From positions 20,673 to 84,672 of the forward strand of contig JBELBZ010000007.1 in assembly GCA_042095055.1 (NCBI GenBank): DNA of 64,000 nt, written 5' to 3'. Below are positions 1-10,460 of this stretch, piece by piece; the first letter of the stretch is position 1, and every line of letters starts with the position of its first letter. The notes beneath the pieces were generated by a model that was given only the letters and a program-made list of their open reading frames with translations, was not told the origin of the DNA and made no database searches. A program made the position numbers and the translations under genes. Source of the stretch: Crocinitomicaceae bacterium (lineage in GTDB: Bacteria > Bacteroidota > Bacteroidia > Flavobacteriales_D > Sanyastnellaceae).

Positions 1-288
1 CAAGAAGGCCAGCAAGCCAAAGCGGTTGCCGTGCACGTGCCCGTGTTCCATCCCCTTGCTCAAATATTCAAGGCCGATTTGAAGCAAAAACCCGGCGATC
101 ACCCATTGTCCTGCGCCAGCATTCATCACAAATGCTTCGGGCAAGAGGTGCAAAAAACACAAGCCCAAAAGAAAGGCCCCTCCAAAGGACAAGAGCAAGG
201 GCATGTGTTGCTTGAACCTGTCCCCCAGCCATTCTCCCAATGCAGCGCCTATGATGGCGACCAGAACCAATGTAATGCCAGCTGTCAT
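1..288 (-). CDS. ZIP-family metal (Zn/Fe) permease, N-terminal part; CDS runs off the left edge
   Basis: Not in the ORF track because there is no stop in the window. Manual minus-strand translation from ATG at 288 gives MTAGITLVLVAIIGAALGEWLGDRFKQHMPLLLSFGGAFLLGLCFLHLLPEAF...GMEHGHVHG. It has hydrophobic helices, HLLPEAF and a His-rich loop typical of ZupT/ZIP. Its ATG overlaps the upstream stop (ATGA at 285-288). Confidence 0.6.
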   Translation of the reverse strand, partial: MTAGITLVLVAIIGAALGEWLGDRFKQHMPLLLSFGGAFLLGLCFLHLLPEAFVMNAGAGQWVIAGFLLQIGLEYLSKGMEHGHVHGNRFGLLAFL

Positions 289-1052
289 GACTTGCGTGCG
301 TGTAGAATGAGTCGGTTGCTTTCTCCTTGCGTCCAAGGTTCCAAGGCATATGAGCCGTAGCGGCCCAAAACTTCAAATCCAGATTCGTTCATCATGGAGG
401 TTAAGTGCCCATTCTCCAATGCAGCCACACGCTCTACATGTGATTTGCTTCCCGAAGGTGAGCTGTGCTCAATGTGCTTTACAAAGGTTGGATACCCGTC
501 TCCCACTGCCGGCAACAATTCCCTGGAAATGTGGTAATGGACCCCTCCCCGCTCCAATTGCTCTTCGGCCACCAAATGTTTCTTGGCAAAGTGCACGTCG
601 AGAAAATCCAAAACAAAAAATCCACCCGGTTTCAAATGGGCGTGCACATTGGCGAGAACAGCCAAATGGTCTTCAGGCTGGTTGAAATAGCCGAAACTCG
701 TAAAAAGGTTGAGTATGCCGTCAAATTGTTGTCCAAGGGAGAAGTGGCGCATGTCACCTTCCACAAAAGACAGTCCAGCTGCGCCCTTGTGATCCAATTG
801 TGCTGCAGCAATGCTGTTTGAACTGAGATCCAGGCCCACGACTTGGTGGCCCTTCATTGCTGCGGCATGGGCGTGACGGCCTTTGCCACAGGCCAAGTCC
901 AACAGGCTCAGCTGTTCCCATCCCCAGGTGTTGTGCATGGCCGATACAAAAGCTTCTGCTTCTGCATTGCTGCGGTGCCCATAGAGCTGGTGATAATGTG
1001 GGTTGTCAAACCAAGCTTCGAACCAAGCAGGGGATTGATGGGAGGAATCCAT
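285..1052 (-). CDS. class I SAM-dependent methyltransferase
   Basis: Start moved to the internal ATG at 1052 (MDSSHQSPAWFEAWFDNPHYHQLY). Motif I is LDLACGKGRHA, followed by VVGLDLS, GDM and PGGFFVLDF. The upstream 103 codons of the track ORF have no methyltransferase-like sequence. Confidence 0.8.
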   Translation of the reverse strand: MDSSHQSPAWFEAWFDNPHYHQLYGHRSNAEAEAFVSAMHNTWGWEQLSLLDLACGKGRHAHAAAMKGHQVVGLDLSSNSIAAAQLDHKGAAGLSFVEGDMRHFSLGQQFDGILNLFTSFGYFNQPEDHLAVLANVHAHLKPGGFFVLDFLDVHFAKKHLVAEEQLERGGVHYHISRELLPAVGDGYPTFVKHIEHSSPSGSKSHVERVAALENGHLTSMMNESGFEVLGRYGSYALEPWTQGESNRLILHARKS

Positions 1053-1139
1053 TTGAGGCGTCGAAGATAATTCCAACGAATTGGGCAACCTCAGAACCTT
1101 GATTTGCGTAGAAGCAACGATTCCGATTCCTGCTGCTTG

Positions 1140-1700
1140 ATGATTTCTATGGATACCCGCCCCGTCTTTTCCCCTTCTAAAGGGCACTGGATGGGCTTGG
1201 CTTCTTTTGTTGGAAGGCCAACCACACGCAATTTGGACGCCTTGCTCGAGCACCTCGAGCAGGTGGTTGTCCAACGGATGGAAGACCGCAGGGTGTTTCG
1301 TGCCCTCATCGAATGTGTGCAGAATATGGAGCGACACGCCGACCCATCCCGCTCTGCGCATTTCAAACTGTTGGGGCGCTCTCTAGATGGAGAGCCCCGT
1401 TTCAAAATCCGGAGTGTAAACGCCATTCGAAAAAACGAGGTGGCCTATGTCCAAGATTGGATCCGCCAATACAGCTCGCTGCAAGAGATGACGGCTTCTT
1501 CAATTGATCAGGGAGAGCTGGACTGGAGAAATCTGTACCGTGAATGTTTGAATTCAGATGAGCGCACCCCCCGTGGAGGCGCTGGTTTGGGTTGGGTTTC
1601 CTTGGCCAAGGCTGCAGTCAATCTGCCCCACATTCGGATTATCCACGCTGTGGATGGTCCGAAATTGTTCTTCTCAGTGGAAGTGGCGTGCACGCGTTGA
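1140..1700 (+). CDS. SiaB/SpoIIAB-like GHKL serine/threonine kinase (anti-sigma-type ATPase fold)
   Basis: N-box-like ECVQNMERH (ExxxNxxxH) and G-box-like GGAGLGWVSLAKAA. Size is about 187 aa. It sits immediately upstream of a DUF1987/SiaC-like gene. The track ORF begins at TTG 1104; the first ATG is at 1140, so the start is uncertain. Confidence 0.5.
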   Translation: MISMDTRPVFSPSKGHWMGLASFVGRPTTRNLDALLEHLEQVVVQRMEDRRVFRALIECVQNMERHADPSRSAHFKLLGRSLDGEPRFKIRSVNAIRKNEVAYVQDWIRQYSSLQEMTASSIDQGELDWRNLYRECLNSDERTPRGGAGLGWVSLAKAAVNLPHIRIIHAVDGPKLFFSVEVACTR

Positions 1701-1713
1701 CTATTTTTGGTTC

Positions 1714-2082
1714 ATGGGTCCCTTACACATCGCTCCAACTGTCAAGACTCCAGAGATTGTTTTCCATTCGGGAGAACAGCGCCTCGTGCTCTCTGGACGT
1801 TCTATTCCTGAGAATGCCGTTGACTTTTACCGACCGGTCTTAGACTGGGCCCAATCCATTCCTTCCGCGTTTAAGCTCACCGTTCAAGTGCAGCTGGAGT
1901 ACTTCAATACCAGCAGCAGCAAATGCCTATTGGACTTGTTTAAGCGCCTTGAGCAAAGTGAAGCGTTGGAGGTGCAATGGTATTTCGATGCTGACGACGA
2001 AGACATGCTTGAGGCAGGAGAAGACTACGATCACATTGTGAACGTCCCCTTCAAATTCGTGGAGATCGACCCTGAGGCCTAA
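1714..2082 (+). CDS. DUF1987 / SiaC-like small regulatory (phospho)protein
   Basis: Start at ATG 1714 (MGPLHIAPTVKTPEIVFHSGEQRLVLSGRSIPENAVDFYRPVLDW...LEYFNTSSSKCLLDLFKRLE...WYFDADDEDMLEAGEDY). Length (122 aa) and sequence pattern match DUF1987 as I remember it. Confidence 0.7.
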   Translation: MGPLHIAPTVKTPEIVFHSGEQRLVLSGRSIPENAVDFYRPVLDWAQSIPSAFKLTVQVQLEYFNTSSSKCLLDLFKRLEQSEALEVQWYFDADDEDMLEAGEDYDHIVNVPFKFVEIDPEA

Positions 2083-5068
2083 AGGCATTCTTCAAGGCCA
2101 AGGCCAAAATGAAGATGAAGGTGGTGCCCCACAGCACCATCCAATTCCCGCCGCTTTTGGAATATGAGCGTGGTCCTATTCTGGTTTCGGCTGCATGAAA
2201 CGCCCCCATGCCCGGCCAAAGTGAGCCGGCGTAGAGCGCGTCCCTCGTATTGATGATCTTGTTGTTGTGGACCGCAATGCCCGAATTGAGCATTTGATCT
2301 TGGGTGGTCCAATCGATGAGCACCTGGTTGTACTGGCGGTCTTTGACGGCGGCTCCGAGCACAGGATCATCCCACCCTTTTTGCTGCAGCACTTGGTCTT
2401 TTCTGGACTTCGCGTTGCGCCATGCCTGTCGTTGTATTTCGCGGTACTGTTGGAGCTCTTCGGTGAGCAGCGCTTTTTCGGTGGAGTCAATCCCGTCCTC
2501 AAAGGGAATGCTGATGGCAAGCTCACCGCGTTCATACAGGGTGTTCCACTCTGATGCTGTGGTGCGCAATGCGCTTTCGTCACCTTGGTGGGCCCGGTCC
2601 AATTGGCGCAGCATTTCGGGATGCCAGCGGTCGCGCAAGAAAGACGACCGTGCCAGGGTGGCATTGCTCTCATGCAGGGCCTTGGAGTAAGGGGTCTCTG
2701 CAGCAAACAAGGTGGTCAAGGCTTCAAATCCCCAGCGGCTGATCATGACCTGTCCAATGGGCGAAACGCCAGAGGGCCTGGATATCCCCGGGTTCAGTTT
2801 GTCAAAGGTGACGATGGCACCACCCAACATCAACTGCGGGATGATGAACAAGGGAATGGCCAGGTAAATGACACGTACGCTGTTGAACAGCAGAGAAATG
2901 ACGAGGCCAAACATGTTGGCACAGGCGGCCACTGAAAACAGGGTGAACCAGTATGCCACAAACTGTCCTGGGAGTTCCAAAATGATGTGGGACAAGGCTG
3001 CGAACAGCAATGTTTGAATGGCACTGATGCCAAATAAAACACTGCTTTTCGCTGTGAGGTAGGCCGACCAGTTGAGCCTGAGGTTCTGCTCTCTTTTGCG
3101 CATCAAGCGGTCCCTAAACAACTCTTCTGCACTGACCGTAAGCCCCATAAATATGGCCACGATCACAGCGATAAACAGGAAGTGTGGGATGTTGCTGGCT
3201 TGGCCATAGCTGTATGCTTTGCCGCTCTCCGTAGACCTCAAAATAAAAGCGAGAAGAATGGCCAAAAGGGGCGCCTCGAGCAGATTGATAAGCAGGTATT
3301 GCCTGTTCTTCCATTTGCGGGCGATGTCCCTTGCGCTTTGGACGAGCCATTGGCGCCGCCAGTGCGGCGGACGCAGGCCTAAGGCTGCCGCAGGTTCATT
3401 TCCTTTTGGTTGGCTGCGTTCCATTTCTGCCTCCACTTTGGGAACCAGCAATACGTTGTAAAAGTCATTCCATTCTTTGGGGCTGATCCTTCTTTGCCCC
3501 GTCGACTTCCCCCTCCCATCCAAAACGGGAACGTCGATGATGTCAAAGATTTGCTCTGGGTTGACGTGTCCGCACATCCCACACGCCACATTGTCCGCTT
3601 CGAAGTGGTTGACGATGGTTCTGAAATGGGTCAGGGCATCCAAAGGCCTTCCTGTAAACACAGGGTAGCCCCCATGGTCTAGCACCCACAGTGCATCAAA
3701 GCTCCTAAAAATGTCGCCACTGGGCTGGTGAATGACAGCAATCACCAAGGTCCCATTGTAGGTCATCTGCTTCAGCAGGTCCATCAGCAGTTCAGAGTCC
3801 TTGCTGCTCAAGCCGCTTGTGGGTTCGTCCACCAGGAGAACCCGAGGTCCTCGGATGAGCTCCATGGCGATGTTGAGCCGTTTGCGTTGTCCCCCGCTGA
3901 TGGTCTTGTTTAGCGCATCTCCCACAGGGAGGTTGCGGGCTTCCCAAAGGCCCAATTGTTGCAAGCACACTTCAACGCGCTGCTTGCTTTGGGCCTTGTC
4001 GTCTACAGCATAGGCGAGCCTTGCTGCATAGAACAGGTTTTCTTCAACGGTCAGCTCTGGCAGGAGGTGGTCTTCTTGTGGAACCAAACCAATCCAAGAG
4101 CGGGCAGCGTCATCTGCTACAGGAATGCCATCGATGGTGATTTCCCCAAAAGTGGGAGGCTCAGTGCCCGCCAACAGGTTGAGCAAGGTGGATTTACCCG
4201 ACCCGCTCGCTCCCATCACGCCCACCAGCATGCCTGACCGGGCCTGAGTTCGAAAAGGGTGAAGCGCTTGTTTGTCCGGGTAATTGAACCAATGGCTGAC
4301 TTCATTGATTTCAAGCGTCAGCTCTGGTATGTTTTCCTCCTCCATAAAGGAGCGTTGGATGTCCACAAAATGGAGGGGTGCAGTGCCAGGGTGGCGCAAT
4401 GTGGAGCCCGGAGTAAAAGGCTGGGTGCGCTGTGGATCGAGGGGTTCGCCATTGAGCTGCACGGTGCCCGCTCCAAGTGGCCTGATAAAGACGACCTGGG
4501 ATTCTGGATGCCGAAAACAGGCCAAAGCAGTGGTCCAACCTGCCTTGACGACGCCTCCAAGTTGGGGCTGGTCGCCAATGAGGAAGGCCTCGTGATAACG
4601 CTGGGTCATCACGGGCCAATCGGCCGTGTTGAAGACCAGCGTTTCGTAGCAACGCTTCTCCCCTTCCCGAATGCCAAATACGTCGGCGACGAGGTCGGTC
4701 AATTCTCGGCTGAGGTTGTCCTGCGCTCCATCGCTTGGTAGCATGGCATGCTCAAACTCGAGCATGCGCAAAAACACGAGTGCCTTCTCGCTGGCTTGAA
4801 GGTCGCGGTTGATGTCCGTGCAAGTGCGCAAGACCTTGGTCGAGCGCAATGCGGTGCGCTTCAGTCCTGCCAACTCTCTGGATTCTACGGCACCACCTTG
4901 GCTTGCGAGGTGGCCTTCAAAGACATCCAGCCACTCGGTTACAGCTTCTTTGGGCAGCCGGCTGCGCAAGAAATGAGCCACGACTTCCCGCCCCTTTTCC
5001 AGGCCCTCTTCCCTCAAAGTGATGAGGGCAAACAAGCGCATCAAGGCGTCTAAAATGTGACGGCTCAT
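2051..5068 (-). CDS. large ABC transporter, fused ATPase + ABC-2-type permease (ABCG-like) with a long N-terminal extension and C-terminal tail
   Basis: Walker A GASGSGKST (about 4190-4213), signature ISGGQRKRLNIAMEL, Walker B LLVDEPTSGLS. Multiple TM helices follow the NBD (FLFIAVIVAIFMGL, LFGISAIQTLLFAAL, and others), plus a last TM at the C-terminus. About 270 aa of non-ABC sequence precedes the NBD. Confidence 0.85.
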   Translation of the reverse strand: MSRHILDALMRLFALITLREEGLEKGREVVAHFLRSRLPKEAVTEWLDVFEGHLASQGGAVESRELAGLKRTALRSTKVLRTCTDINRDLQASEKALVFLRMLEFEHAMLPSDGAQDNLSRELTDLVADVFGIREGEKRCYETLVFNTADWPVMTQRYHEAFLIGDQPQLGGVVKAGWTTALACFRHPESQVVFIRPLGAGTVQLNGEPLDPQRTQPFTPGSTLRHPGTAPLHFVDIQRSFMEEENIPELTLEINEVSHWFNYPDKQALHPFRTQARSGMLVGVMGASGSGKSTLLNLLAGTEPPTFGEITIDGIPVADDAARSWIGLVPQEDHLLPELTVEENLFYAARLAYAVDDKAQSKQRVEVCLQQLGLWEARNLPVGDALNKTISGGQRKRLNIAMELIRGPRVLLVDEPTSGLSSKDSELLMDLLKQMTYNGTLVIAVIHQPSGDIFRSFDALWVLDHGGYPVFTGRPLDALTHFRTIVNHFEADNVACGMCGHVNPEQIFDIIDVPVLDGRGKSTGQRRISPKEWNDFYNVLLVPKVEAEMERSQPKGNEPAAALGLRPPHWRRQWLVQSARDIARKWKNRQYLLINLLEAPLLAILLAFILRSTESGKAYSYGQASNIPHFLFIAVIVAIFMGLTVSAEELFRDRLMRKREQNLRLNWSAYLTAKSSVLFGISAIQTLLFAALSHIILELPGQFVAYWFTLFSVAACANMFGLVISLLFNSVRVIYLAIPLFIIPQLMLGGAIVTFDKLNPGISRPSGVSPIGQVMISRWGFEALTTLFAAETPYSKALHESNATLARSSFLRDRWHPEMLRQLDRAHQGDESALRTTASEWNTLYERGELAISIPFEDGIDSTEKALLTEELQQYREIQRQAWRNAKSRKDQVLQQKGWDDPVLGAAVKDRQYNQVLIDWTTQDQMLNSGIAVHNNKIINTRDALYAGSLWPGMGAFHAAETRIGPRSYSKSGGNWMVLWGTTFIFILALALKNAFRPQGRSPRI

Positions 5069-5111
5069 CGCTTACGAAATGGAAGTAAAAGAGGGCTCAA
5101 AGGCCCTGGGG

Positions 5112-6647
5112 TTATTGACGCTCGTAGCAGCCCTTGTCAGGTGCTGAGCCCACCACCCGCGGTAAACCGTCGAGGTCTGTGGCAAGAAATGGCAACCCTG
5201 CTGGGATACCGAGGCCATTCCACTGGCTGTTGCCGCTAATGAGGTGGAAGTCCCTGTTGAAGACATCGGCAAAGGGTGGGGCAGCATCCAAGCTGCTTTC
5301 TTCGATCCAGTCGGCTGTCCCGAAATCGTCCATTTCCACGGCGCAGCCCCGAATGAGCAGGTCATTGTCATCGCCCTCAAGATCGACGACCAATTCATCA
5401 AAATCTTCGAGCCCGGCATTGTTTCCCCACATGATGCAGTTCAGGAAACGCGATTCGACCAATGGGCGAATTTGTACAACCCCGTTGATGTCTTCGTAAT
5501 GGTCGTTGATGAGAACGGTGGGCGTGGAACGGGTTCCATCAGACCAGTAGTTCGCAAAGGTGCTGTGTGTGAACCTATAACGGCCTCCCAAGGTGAGCGC
5601 AGCGCAAGCTTGGGCACAGTCGTACATGAGCAGGTTTGTGCCGTCAACGTTGGCGCCTTGGGCCAGCAAGCCGATGCCACTCATGTTGTGGATGACACAA
5701 TTCTCCATACTCAAGGCAGCCTGGTCTGCGGTCCCAGCGGTGTCCACTTGCAAACCAATGGTGCCATTGCGCAAGATGGCGTGGCGCATGGTGCTGCCTG
5801 TCGATCCGTACAGCCAAATGCCACCTCCGAGTATGCTCGCTTGGGCGACTCCGAAATCAGTTTGAATCAAGGTGTCTACTTGGATTCCCCATTGACCGGG
5901 GATGTCCGCGTATTCTGGCTCAAGCCTGTCCCCTTCAAAGGTGACTTCTTGTCCCAATTCACCATTGACCTCGAGGGTACCCCTGTCCACATATATCCCG
6001 CCTCCGGCATGCACGTGGACATCGCACCCCGCTTCTATGGTCAATTTGCAATCGGGTGCGACGCCGACAACGCCGTAAATCACATGGGGCCGCTCAGCAG
6101 TCCAGATGTCGTTGCAAGGCAGCGAGGAAAGGCCTCCTGGGGCGCCATGAAAAAAAGCGTCCTGACCCCAAGCCAGCAACTGCGCGTATTGGCTAAATCC
6201 GTTGACGGTCACCCTGATGCGGTCTTTCACCACAAATGGGAGATTGACATCTTCAGGGTCCACGGTGACCTCGACAAAAACGTAGATCGAGTCCCCTTGC
6301 TCCAATACAAGATTGCCCGCAGACGGGCCGGGTATTCCATCAATGTTGATCCTGAATTCACTCTCAATCCCGTCCTCCAAGGTGACATCCTCGAGCAAAA
6401 TGCGTCCAGGGCTTTCATTGACAATGCGCAATGCCTGACTGGCGCTCCCGATGGACGTGAACACCGTGTCAAACCACAATGTGTCTTGGCTAAAAGACAC
6501 CCTTGCATCGGCACCGAGGTAATACTTGTCCCCCTGACAACCGGTGCACAAAACCAAGCCCAAGAAGAGGGCCAAAAACCCGCTGATCCAGATCCATGGA
6601 CGGGAAGCAGGAATGGAGGGGGAACTGATGTTGTCCGGTTGGAACAT
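5112..6647 (-). CDS. lipoprotein with right-handed beta-helix-like repeats (choice-of-anchor-Q-like C-terminus)
   Basis: Lipobox LGLVLCTGC. Repetitive G/N/D-rich beta-helix-like sequence. The C-terminal ...DLDGLPRVVGSAPDKGCYE resembles the D-x-G-A-Y-E end of choice-of-anchor Q domains. Confidence 0.55.
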   Translation of the reverse strand: MFQPDNISSPSIPASRPWIWISGFLALFLGLVLCTGCQGDKYYLGADARVSFSQDTLWFDTVFTSIGSASQALRIVNESPGRILLEDVTLEDGIESEFRINIDGIPGPSAGNLVLEQGDSIYVFVEVTVDPEDVNLPFVVKDRIRVTVNGFSQYAQLLAWGQDAFFHGAPGGLSSLPCNDIWTAERPHVIYGVVGVAPDCKLTIEAGCDVHVHAGGGIYVDRGTLEVNGELGQEVTFEGDRLEPEYADIPGQWGIQVDTLIQTDFGVAQASILGGGIWLYGSTGSTMRHAILRNGTIGLQVDTAGTADQAALSMENCVIHNMSGIGLLAQGANVDGTNLLMYDCAQACAALTLGGRYRFTHSTFANYWSDGTRSTPTVLINDHYEDINGVVQIRPLVESRFLNCIMWGNNAGLEDFDELVVDLEGDDNDLLIRGCAVEMDDFGTADWIEESSLDAAPPFADVFNRDFHLISGNSQWNGLGIPAGLPFLATDLDGLPRVVGSAPDKGCYERQ

Positions 6648-6691
6648 GTTGCGAAACTAAGGCTGGGAATTGGGTCCTTAACTTTTATGCC

Positions 6692-7345
6692 ATGGCTGAC
6701 CTGGAATCAACGTTCATTTCTACGAAATCTGATGCGGACTGGTCATGGCATCAAGCCAGGCTTCACTTCAAAGAGGCAGACCCTGAATTTCACGATGTCG
6801 TCAAGGGTCTTGAAAATCCAGTTGATGTGGACCAGAGGCCCGCTTTTGAGAGCCTCGTTCGGGCGGTGATTGGCCAGCAGCTGAGCACAAAGGCTGCCCA
6901 CACCATATGGTGCCGTTTTGTTGCACTGTATGACGGAGAGTTGAACCCTGAGGTGGTGGTACAAGAGGCTGCTGAGGTTCACCGCAGTGTGGGTGTGAGT
7001 GGTCAAAAACATGGCTATATCATGGACCTCTGCCGCCATTATTTGGCCGATCCAGCTTCCTTCGATGCAGTCGGGCAGTGCACGGATCAGGAAGTCATCA
7101 CATCTTGGACCAAGGTCAAGGGCCTGGGTCCATGGACCGTCCAAATGCATCTGATGTTTCAGCTGAGCAGACCTGATGTCTTTCCAGTGGATGATTTGGG
7201 CGTGCGCCGGGCGATGGAAAAGGGATTGTCCATCCCCAAGGATTCCCCGAAAACGGTGTATGCAAAACGGGCCCTGGTATGGAGCCCGTTTCGCACGGCT
7301 GCAAGCCGTTTGTTGTGGCAGAGCTTAAATGCTCAGCCCAAGTAA
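6692..7345 (+). CDS. DNA-3-methyladenine glycosylase II family (HhH-GPD)
   Basis: [19 protein letters not shown], HhH-GPD segment [33 protein letters not shown]. Confidence 0.8.
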   Translation: MADLESTFISTKSDADWSWHQARLHFKEADPEFHDVVKGLENPVDVDQRPAFESLVRAVIGQQLSTKAAHTIWCRFVALYDGELNPEVVVQEAAEVHRSVGVSGQKHGYIMDLCRHYLADPASFDAVGQCTDQEVITSWTKVKGLGPWTVQMHLMFQLSRPDVFPVDDLGVRRAMEKGLSIPKDSPKTVYAKRALVWSPFRTAASRLLWQSLNAQPK

Positions 7346-8202
7346 GACTTCAAGATCCGGCTGCGGCTGGTATGCTTGAGGCGTCGGATGGCCTTTTCTT
7401 TAATCTGACGAACGCGCTCACGCGTCAAGTCAAAGCGCTCACCAATTTCTTCCAGGGTCAAAGGATGCTCGCCGCCCAATCCAAAGTAGAGGCGAACGAC
7501 ATCTGCTTCACGGCTGGTCAGGGTTTGCAAGGACCGCTCGATTTCTTTGCGCAACGACTCTGTGATCAACACCGTGTCAGGTGATGGAGTGTCATTGGTT
7601 TGCAACACGTCGTACATCGTGCTGGAGCTGTCGTCGCCGTCTTTCAACGGGGCATCCATCGATACGTGGCGCCCTGCGTTCTTCAAGCTTTGCTTGACCT
7701 CGTCAAGGGTCATGTCCAATACTTCAGCAAGTTCTGCTGGCGTCGGAGGGCGTTCAAACTCTTGCTCAAGTCGGGCAAAGGCCTTGTTGATCTTGTTGAT
7801 GGACCCGATTTTATTGAGGGGCAAGCGTACGATACGGCTTTGCTCTGCAAGGGCCTGCAGGATGCTTTGGCGGATCCACCAAACCGCATAGGAGATGAAC
7901 TTAAATCCGCGGGTTTCATCAAAACGCTGCGCGGCTTTGATCAAGCCGAGGTTTCCTTCGTTGATCAAATCAGGCAAGGAAAGGCCTTGGTTTTGGTATT
8001 GCTTAGATACAGAAACCACGAAACGCAGGTTGGCTTTCGTCATCTTTTCCAAAGCGACTTGATCGCCCTGTTTGATGCGGCGGGCCAACTCCACCTCTTC
8101 TTCGGCTGTGATCAAGTCGACCCTGCCGATTTCCTGGAGGTACTTGTCCAGCGATGCGGTCTCCCTGTTGGTGACCTGTTTCGTGATTTTTAGCTGTCTC
8201 AT
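7333..8202 (-). CDS. rpoD: primary RNA polymerase sigma-70 factor
   Basis: [26 protein letters not shown]..., region 2 [38 protein letters not shown]...[13 protein letters not shown], region 4 [28 protein letters not shown]. The length of about 289 aa is typical of Bacteroidota. Confidence 0.92.
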   Translation of the reverse strand: MRQLKITKQVTNRETASLDKYLQEIGRVDLITAEEEVELARRIKQGDQVALEKMTKANLRFVVSVSKQYQNQGLSLPDLINEGNLGLIKAAQRFDETRGFKFISYAVWWIRQSILQALAEQSRIVRLPLNKIGSINKINKAFARLEQEFERPPTPAELAEVLDMTLDEVKQSLKNAGRHVSMDAPLKDGDDSSSTMYDVLQTNDTPSPDTVLITESLRKEIERSLQTLTSREADVVRLYFGLGGEHPLTLEEIGERFDLTRERVRQIKEKAIRRLKHTSRSRILKSYLG

Positions 8203-8219
8203 GGGCGTTGCTTTTCAAG

Positions 8220-8259
8220 TGTTTGAGGGGAGGCCGGCAGACCCTTCCTCCCCTTCAAA
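8220..8259 (-). terminator. GC-rich hairpin between pnp (upstream) and rpoD (downstream)
   Basis: Arms gtttgaggggagg (8220-8232) and cctccccttcaaac (8246-8259) are near-perfect complements. There is no U-tract in minus sense; a T-run follows on the plus strand. This may be a terminator or a processing site. Confidence 0.35.
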
Positions 8260-8280
8260 CGTATTTTTCGGTCATTCGTT

Positions 8281-10413
8281 TCACTCGGGCTTCGGAAGAA
8301 GCACTTTTCTGCTCAATTTGAGCTTTCCTGAGCGTGGATCGCGACCGGTGACTTTGAACTTCACGAGGTCGCCTTCGTTGATCACGTCTGTGACCTCATT
8401 GACACGGCCGTGTTCCAATTCAGAGATGTGCAACAGCCCATCTTGTCCGGGGATGATTTCAACGAAAGCGCCGTATGGCATTACCGTCTTGACCTGACCT
8501 TCATACACCTCTCCTACCTCTACAGTTGGAGGGAATGCAATGGCGCGGATGCGGGCAACCGCAGCGTCAATCTTCTGCTTGTTGTCACCGGAAACTTCCA
8601 CGAGGCCCTTTCCGTCAGCATCTTCAATGGTCACGTTGGCACCTGTGGTGTCTTGGATCTCATTGATGATTTTACCACCTGGACCAATGATGGGGCCAAT
8701 GGCTTCTGCTGGCACTTCAAAGGAGACGATGCGGGGCGCGTGGTCCTTGTAATCGTCGCGGTGCGTGTCCATCGTCTTGAGCATTTCTCCCAAGATGTGT
8801 GCACGTCCTTCTTTGGCTTGCAAGAGGGCTTCGGTCAACTGAGCAAAGGACAGGCCCTTGATCTTGATGTCCATCTGGCAGGCTGTGATGCCTTCGGATG
8901 TTCCTGTCACCTTGAAGTCCATGTCTCCGAGGTGGTCTTCATCACCAAGGATGTCGCTCAGTACAGCGTACTTGCCGCTGGCTTGATCGGTGATCAATCC
9001 CATGGCGATGCCACTTACGGGGCGCTTCAGGGGAATACCGCCGTCCATCATGGCGAGTGTGCCAGCGCAAACGGTAGCCATGGAGCTGGATCCATTGGAC
9101 TCCAGAATCTCACTGACCAAGCGAATGGTATACGGGCAGTCCTCTACTGGAGGCAGCATGGGCTTCAGGGCCCGCAAAGCCAAGTTTCCATGGCCAATCT
9201 CACGGCGGCTCGTTCCACGGATGGGACGCGCTTCACCTGTTGAGAATGGAGGGAAGTTGTAGTGCAACAAGAACTTCTCGGTCTTCCGAACGAGGGCATT
9301 GTCAATGAGCTGCTCGTCGTCCTTGGTGCCCAAGGTCAACGTGGTGAGGCTTTGTGTTTCGCCACGTGTAAAGATGGCTGAGCCGTGCGGTCCTGGCAGG
9401 TAGTCCACTTCGCACCAAATGGGGCGAATGTCCTTGGTGCCACGTCCGTCCAAACGGATGCCTTCGTTCAGAAGCAGGTCGCGGATGGCCTTTTTCTGAG
9501 CGCCTTTGATGTAGTCACGGAGCATGTACTGCTTCTCGGCCTTCTCCTCATCGGACATGGTGGCGAGGAAGCCCTCTTTGATGGACTTGAAAGACTTGCC
9601 GCGCTCCTCCTTGGAACCGGCATTCTTTGCTGCATCATAATACTGCTGGTACAACTCGTCATGGATGCGCTGCTTGAGTGCGTCATCCTGCTTTTCATGC
9701 TCGTACTCGCGCTTGGGAGAAGAACTGGGCACTTCTGCAGCCATGTCAAGCTGAGCTTGGCATTGCTTCTGAATGGCGACGTGGGCCGCTTCAATGGCAC
9801 CCACCATCTCCTCTTCAGACACCTCGTTCATTTCACCTTCCACCATCACGATGCTGTCCATCGAACCGGCGATCATCATGTCGATGTCCGCCTCCTCCAA
9901 CTGAGCGTATGTAGGGTTGATGACAAATGACCCATTGATGCGCGCAACGCGCACCTCAGAGATGGGGCCGTCAAAGGGGATGTCACTCACAGCCAATGCT
10001 GCGGATGCTGCCAAACCAGCGAGGCTGTCCGGCATGTTCTCCTTGTCAGCTGACATCAACTGGATCATCACCTGTGTTTCAGCGTGGTAATCGCTGGGGA
10101 ATGTGGGGCGCAGAGCGCGGTCCACGAGGCGCATGACCAGAATTTCGGTGTCACTTGGACGGGCTTCCCTTTTGAAGAATCCACCAGGGAAGCGGCCTGT
10201 TGAGGCGTATTTCTCACGGTAGTCCACAGTCAGTGGAAGGAAGTCGACGCCTTCTGAGGCGTCATAATTGCTCACTGCGGCGGCAAGAAGCATGGTGTCG
10301 CCTTGGCGCACAACCACACTTCCGTGGGCTTGCTTGGCGAGCTTTCCAGTCTCAATTGTGACTGGGCGACCATCGCCTAAATCGATGGTCTTGGTTACAA
10401 TGTTCAGTTCCAT
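8281..10413 (-). CDS. pnp: polyribonucleotide nucleotidyltransferase (PNPase)
   Basis: Two RNase-PH-like halves, a KH domain ([12 protein letters not shown]) and an S1 domain ([20 protein letters not shown]). Start set at ATG 10413 ([29 protein letters not shown]). Confidence 0.95.
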   Translation of the reverse strand: MELNIVTKTIDLGDGRPVTIETGKLAKQAHGSVVVRQGDTMLLAAAVSNYDASEGVDFLPLTVDYREKYASTGRFPGGFFKREARPSDTEILVMRLVDRALRPTFPSDYHAETQVMIQLMSADKENMPDSLAGLAASAALAVSDIPFDGPISEVRVARINGSFVINPTYAQLEEADIDMMIAGSMDSIVMVEGEMNEVSEEEMVGAIEAAHVAIQKQCQAQLDMAAEVPSSSPKREYEHEKQDDALKQRIHDELYQQYYDAAKNAGSKEERGKSFKSIKEGFLATMSDEEKAEKQYMLRDYIKGAQKKAIRDLLLNEGIRLDGRGTKDIRPIWCEVDYLPGPHGSAIFTRGETQSLTTLTLGTKDDEQLIDNALVRKTEKFLLHYNFPPFSTGEARPIRGTSRREIGHGNLALRALKPMLPPVEDCPYTIRLVSEILESNGSSSMATVCAGTLAMMDGGIPLKRPVSGIAMGLITDQASGKYAVLSDILGDEDHLGDMDFKVTGTSEGITACQMDIKIKGLSFAQLTEALLQAKEGRAHILGEMLKTMDTHRDDYKDHAPRIVSFEVPAEAIGPIIGPGGKIINEIQDTTGANVTIEDADGKGLVEVSGDNKQKIDAAVARIRAIAFPPTVEVGEVYEGQVKTVMPYGAFVEIIPGQDGLLHISELEHGRVNEVTDVINEGDLVKFKVTGRDPRSGKLKLSRKVLLPKPE

Positions 10414-10460
10414 AAAGGAGTTGTCAAATCGGGCATCCGTAAAGACCACAGGGCATTTCC

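Noticed and set aside
31-376. Track ORFs 31..360 (+) and 68..376 (-)
   Set aside because: The third minus frame gives a convincing ZIP permease N-terminus starting at 288. The listed ORFs have no membrane or other protein-like features.
4349-4591. Confident FHA-domain call in the ABC transporter N-terminal region
   Set aside because: The spacing and NG..L segment are FHA-like, but the hallmark G-R and S-R-x-H residues are not evident. It is kept only as a hypothesis in the findings.
5244-6869. 541-aa plus-strand ORF, longer than the gene I call on the opposite strand
   Set aside because: It is antisense to 5112..6647, which has a lipobox and a coherent beta-helix repeat pattern. The plus-strand product has no signal peptide, motifs or sensible composition, and it would run through the alkA-like start. 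Long shadow ORFs are expected in GC-rich DNA.
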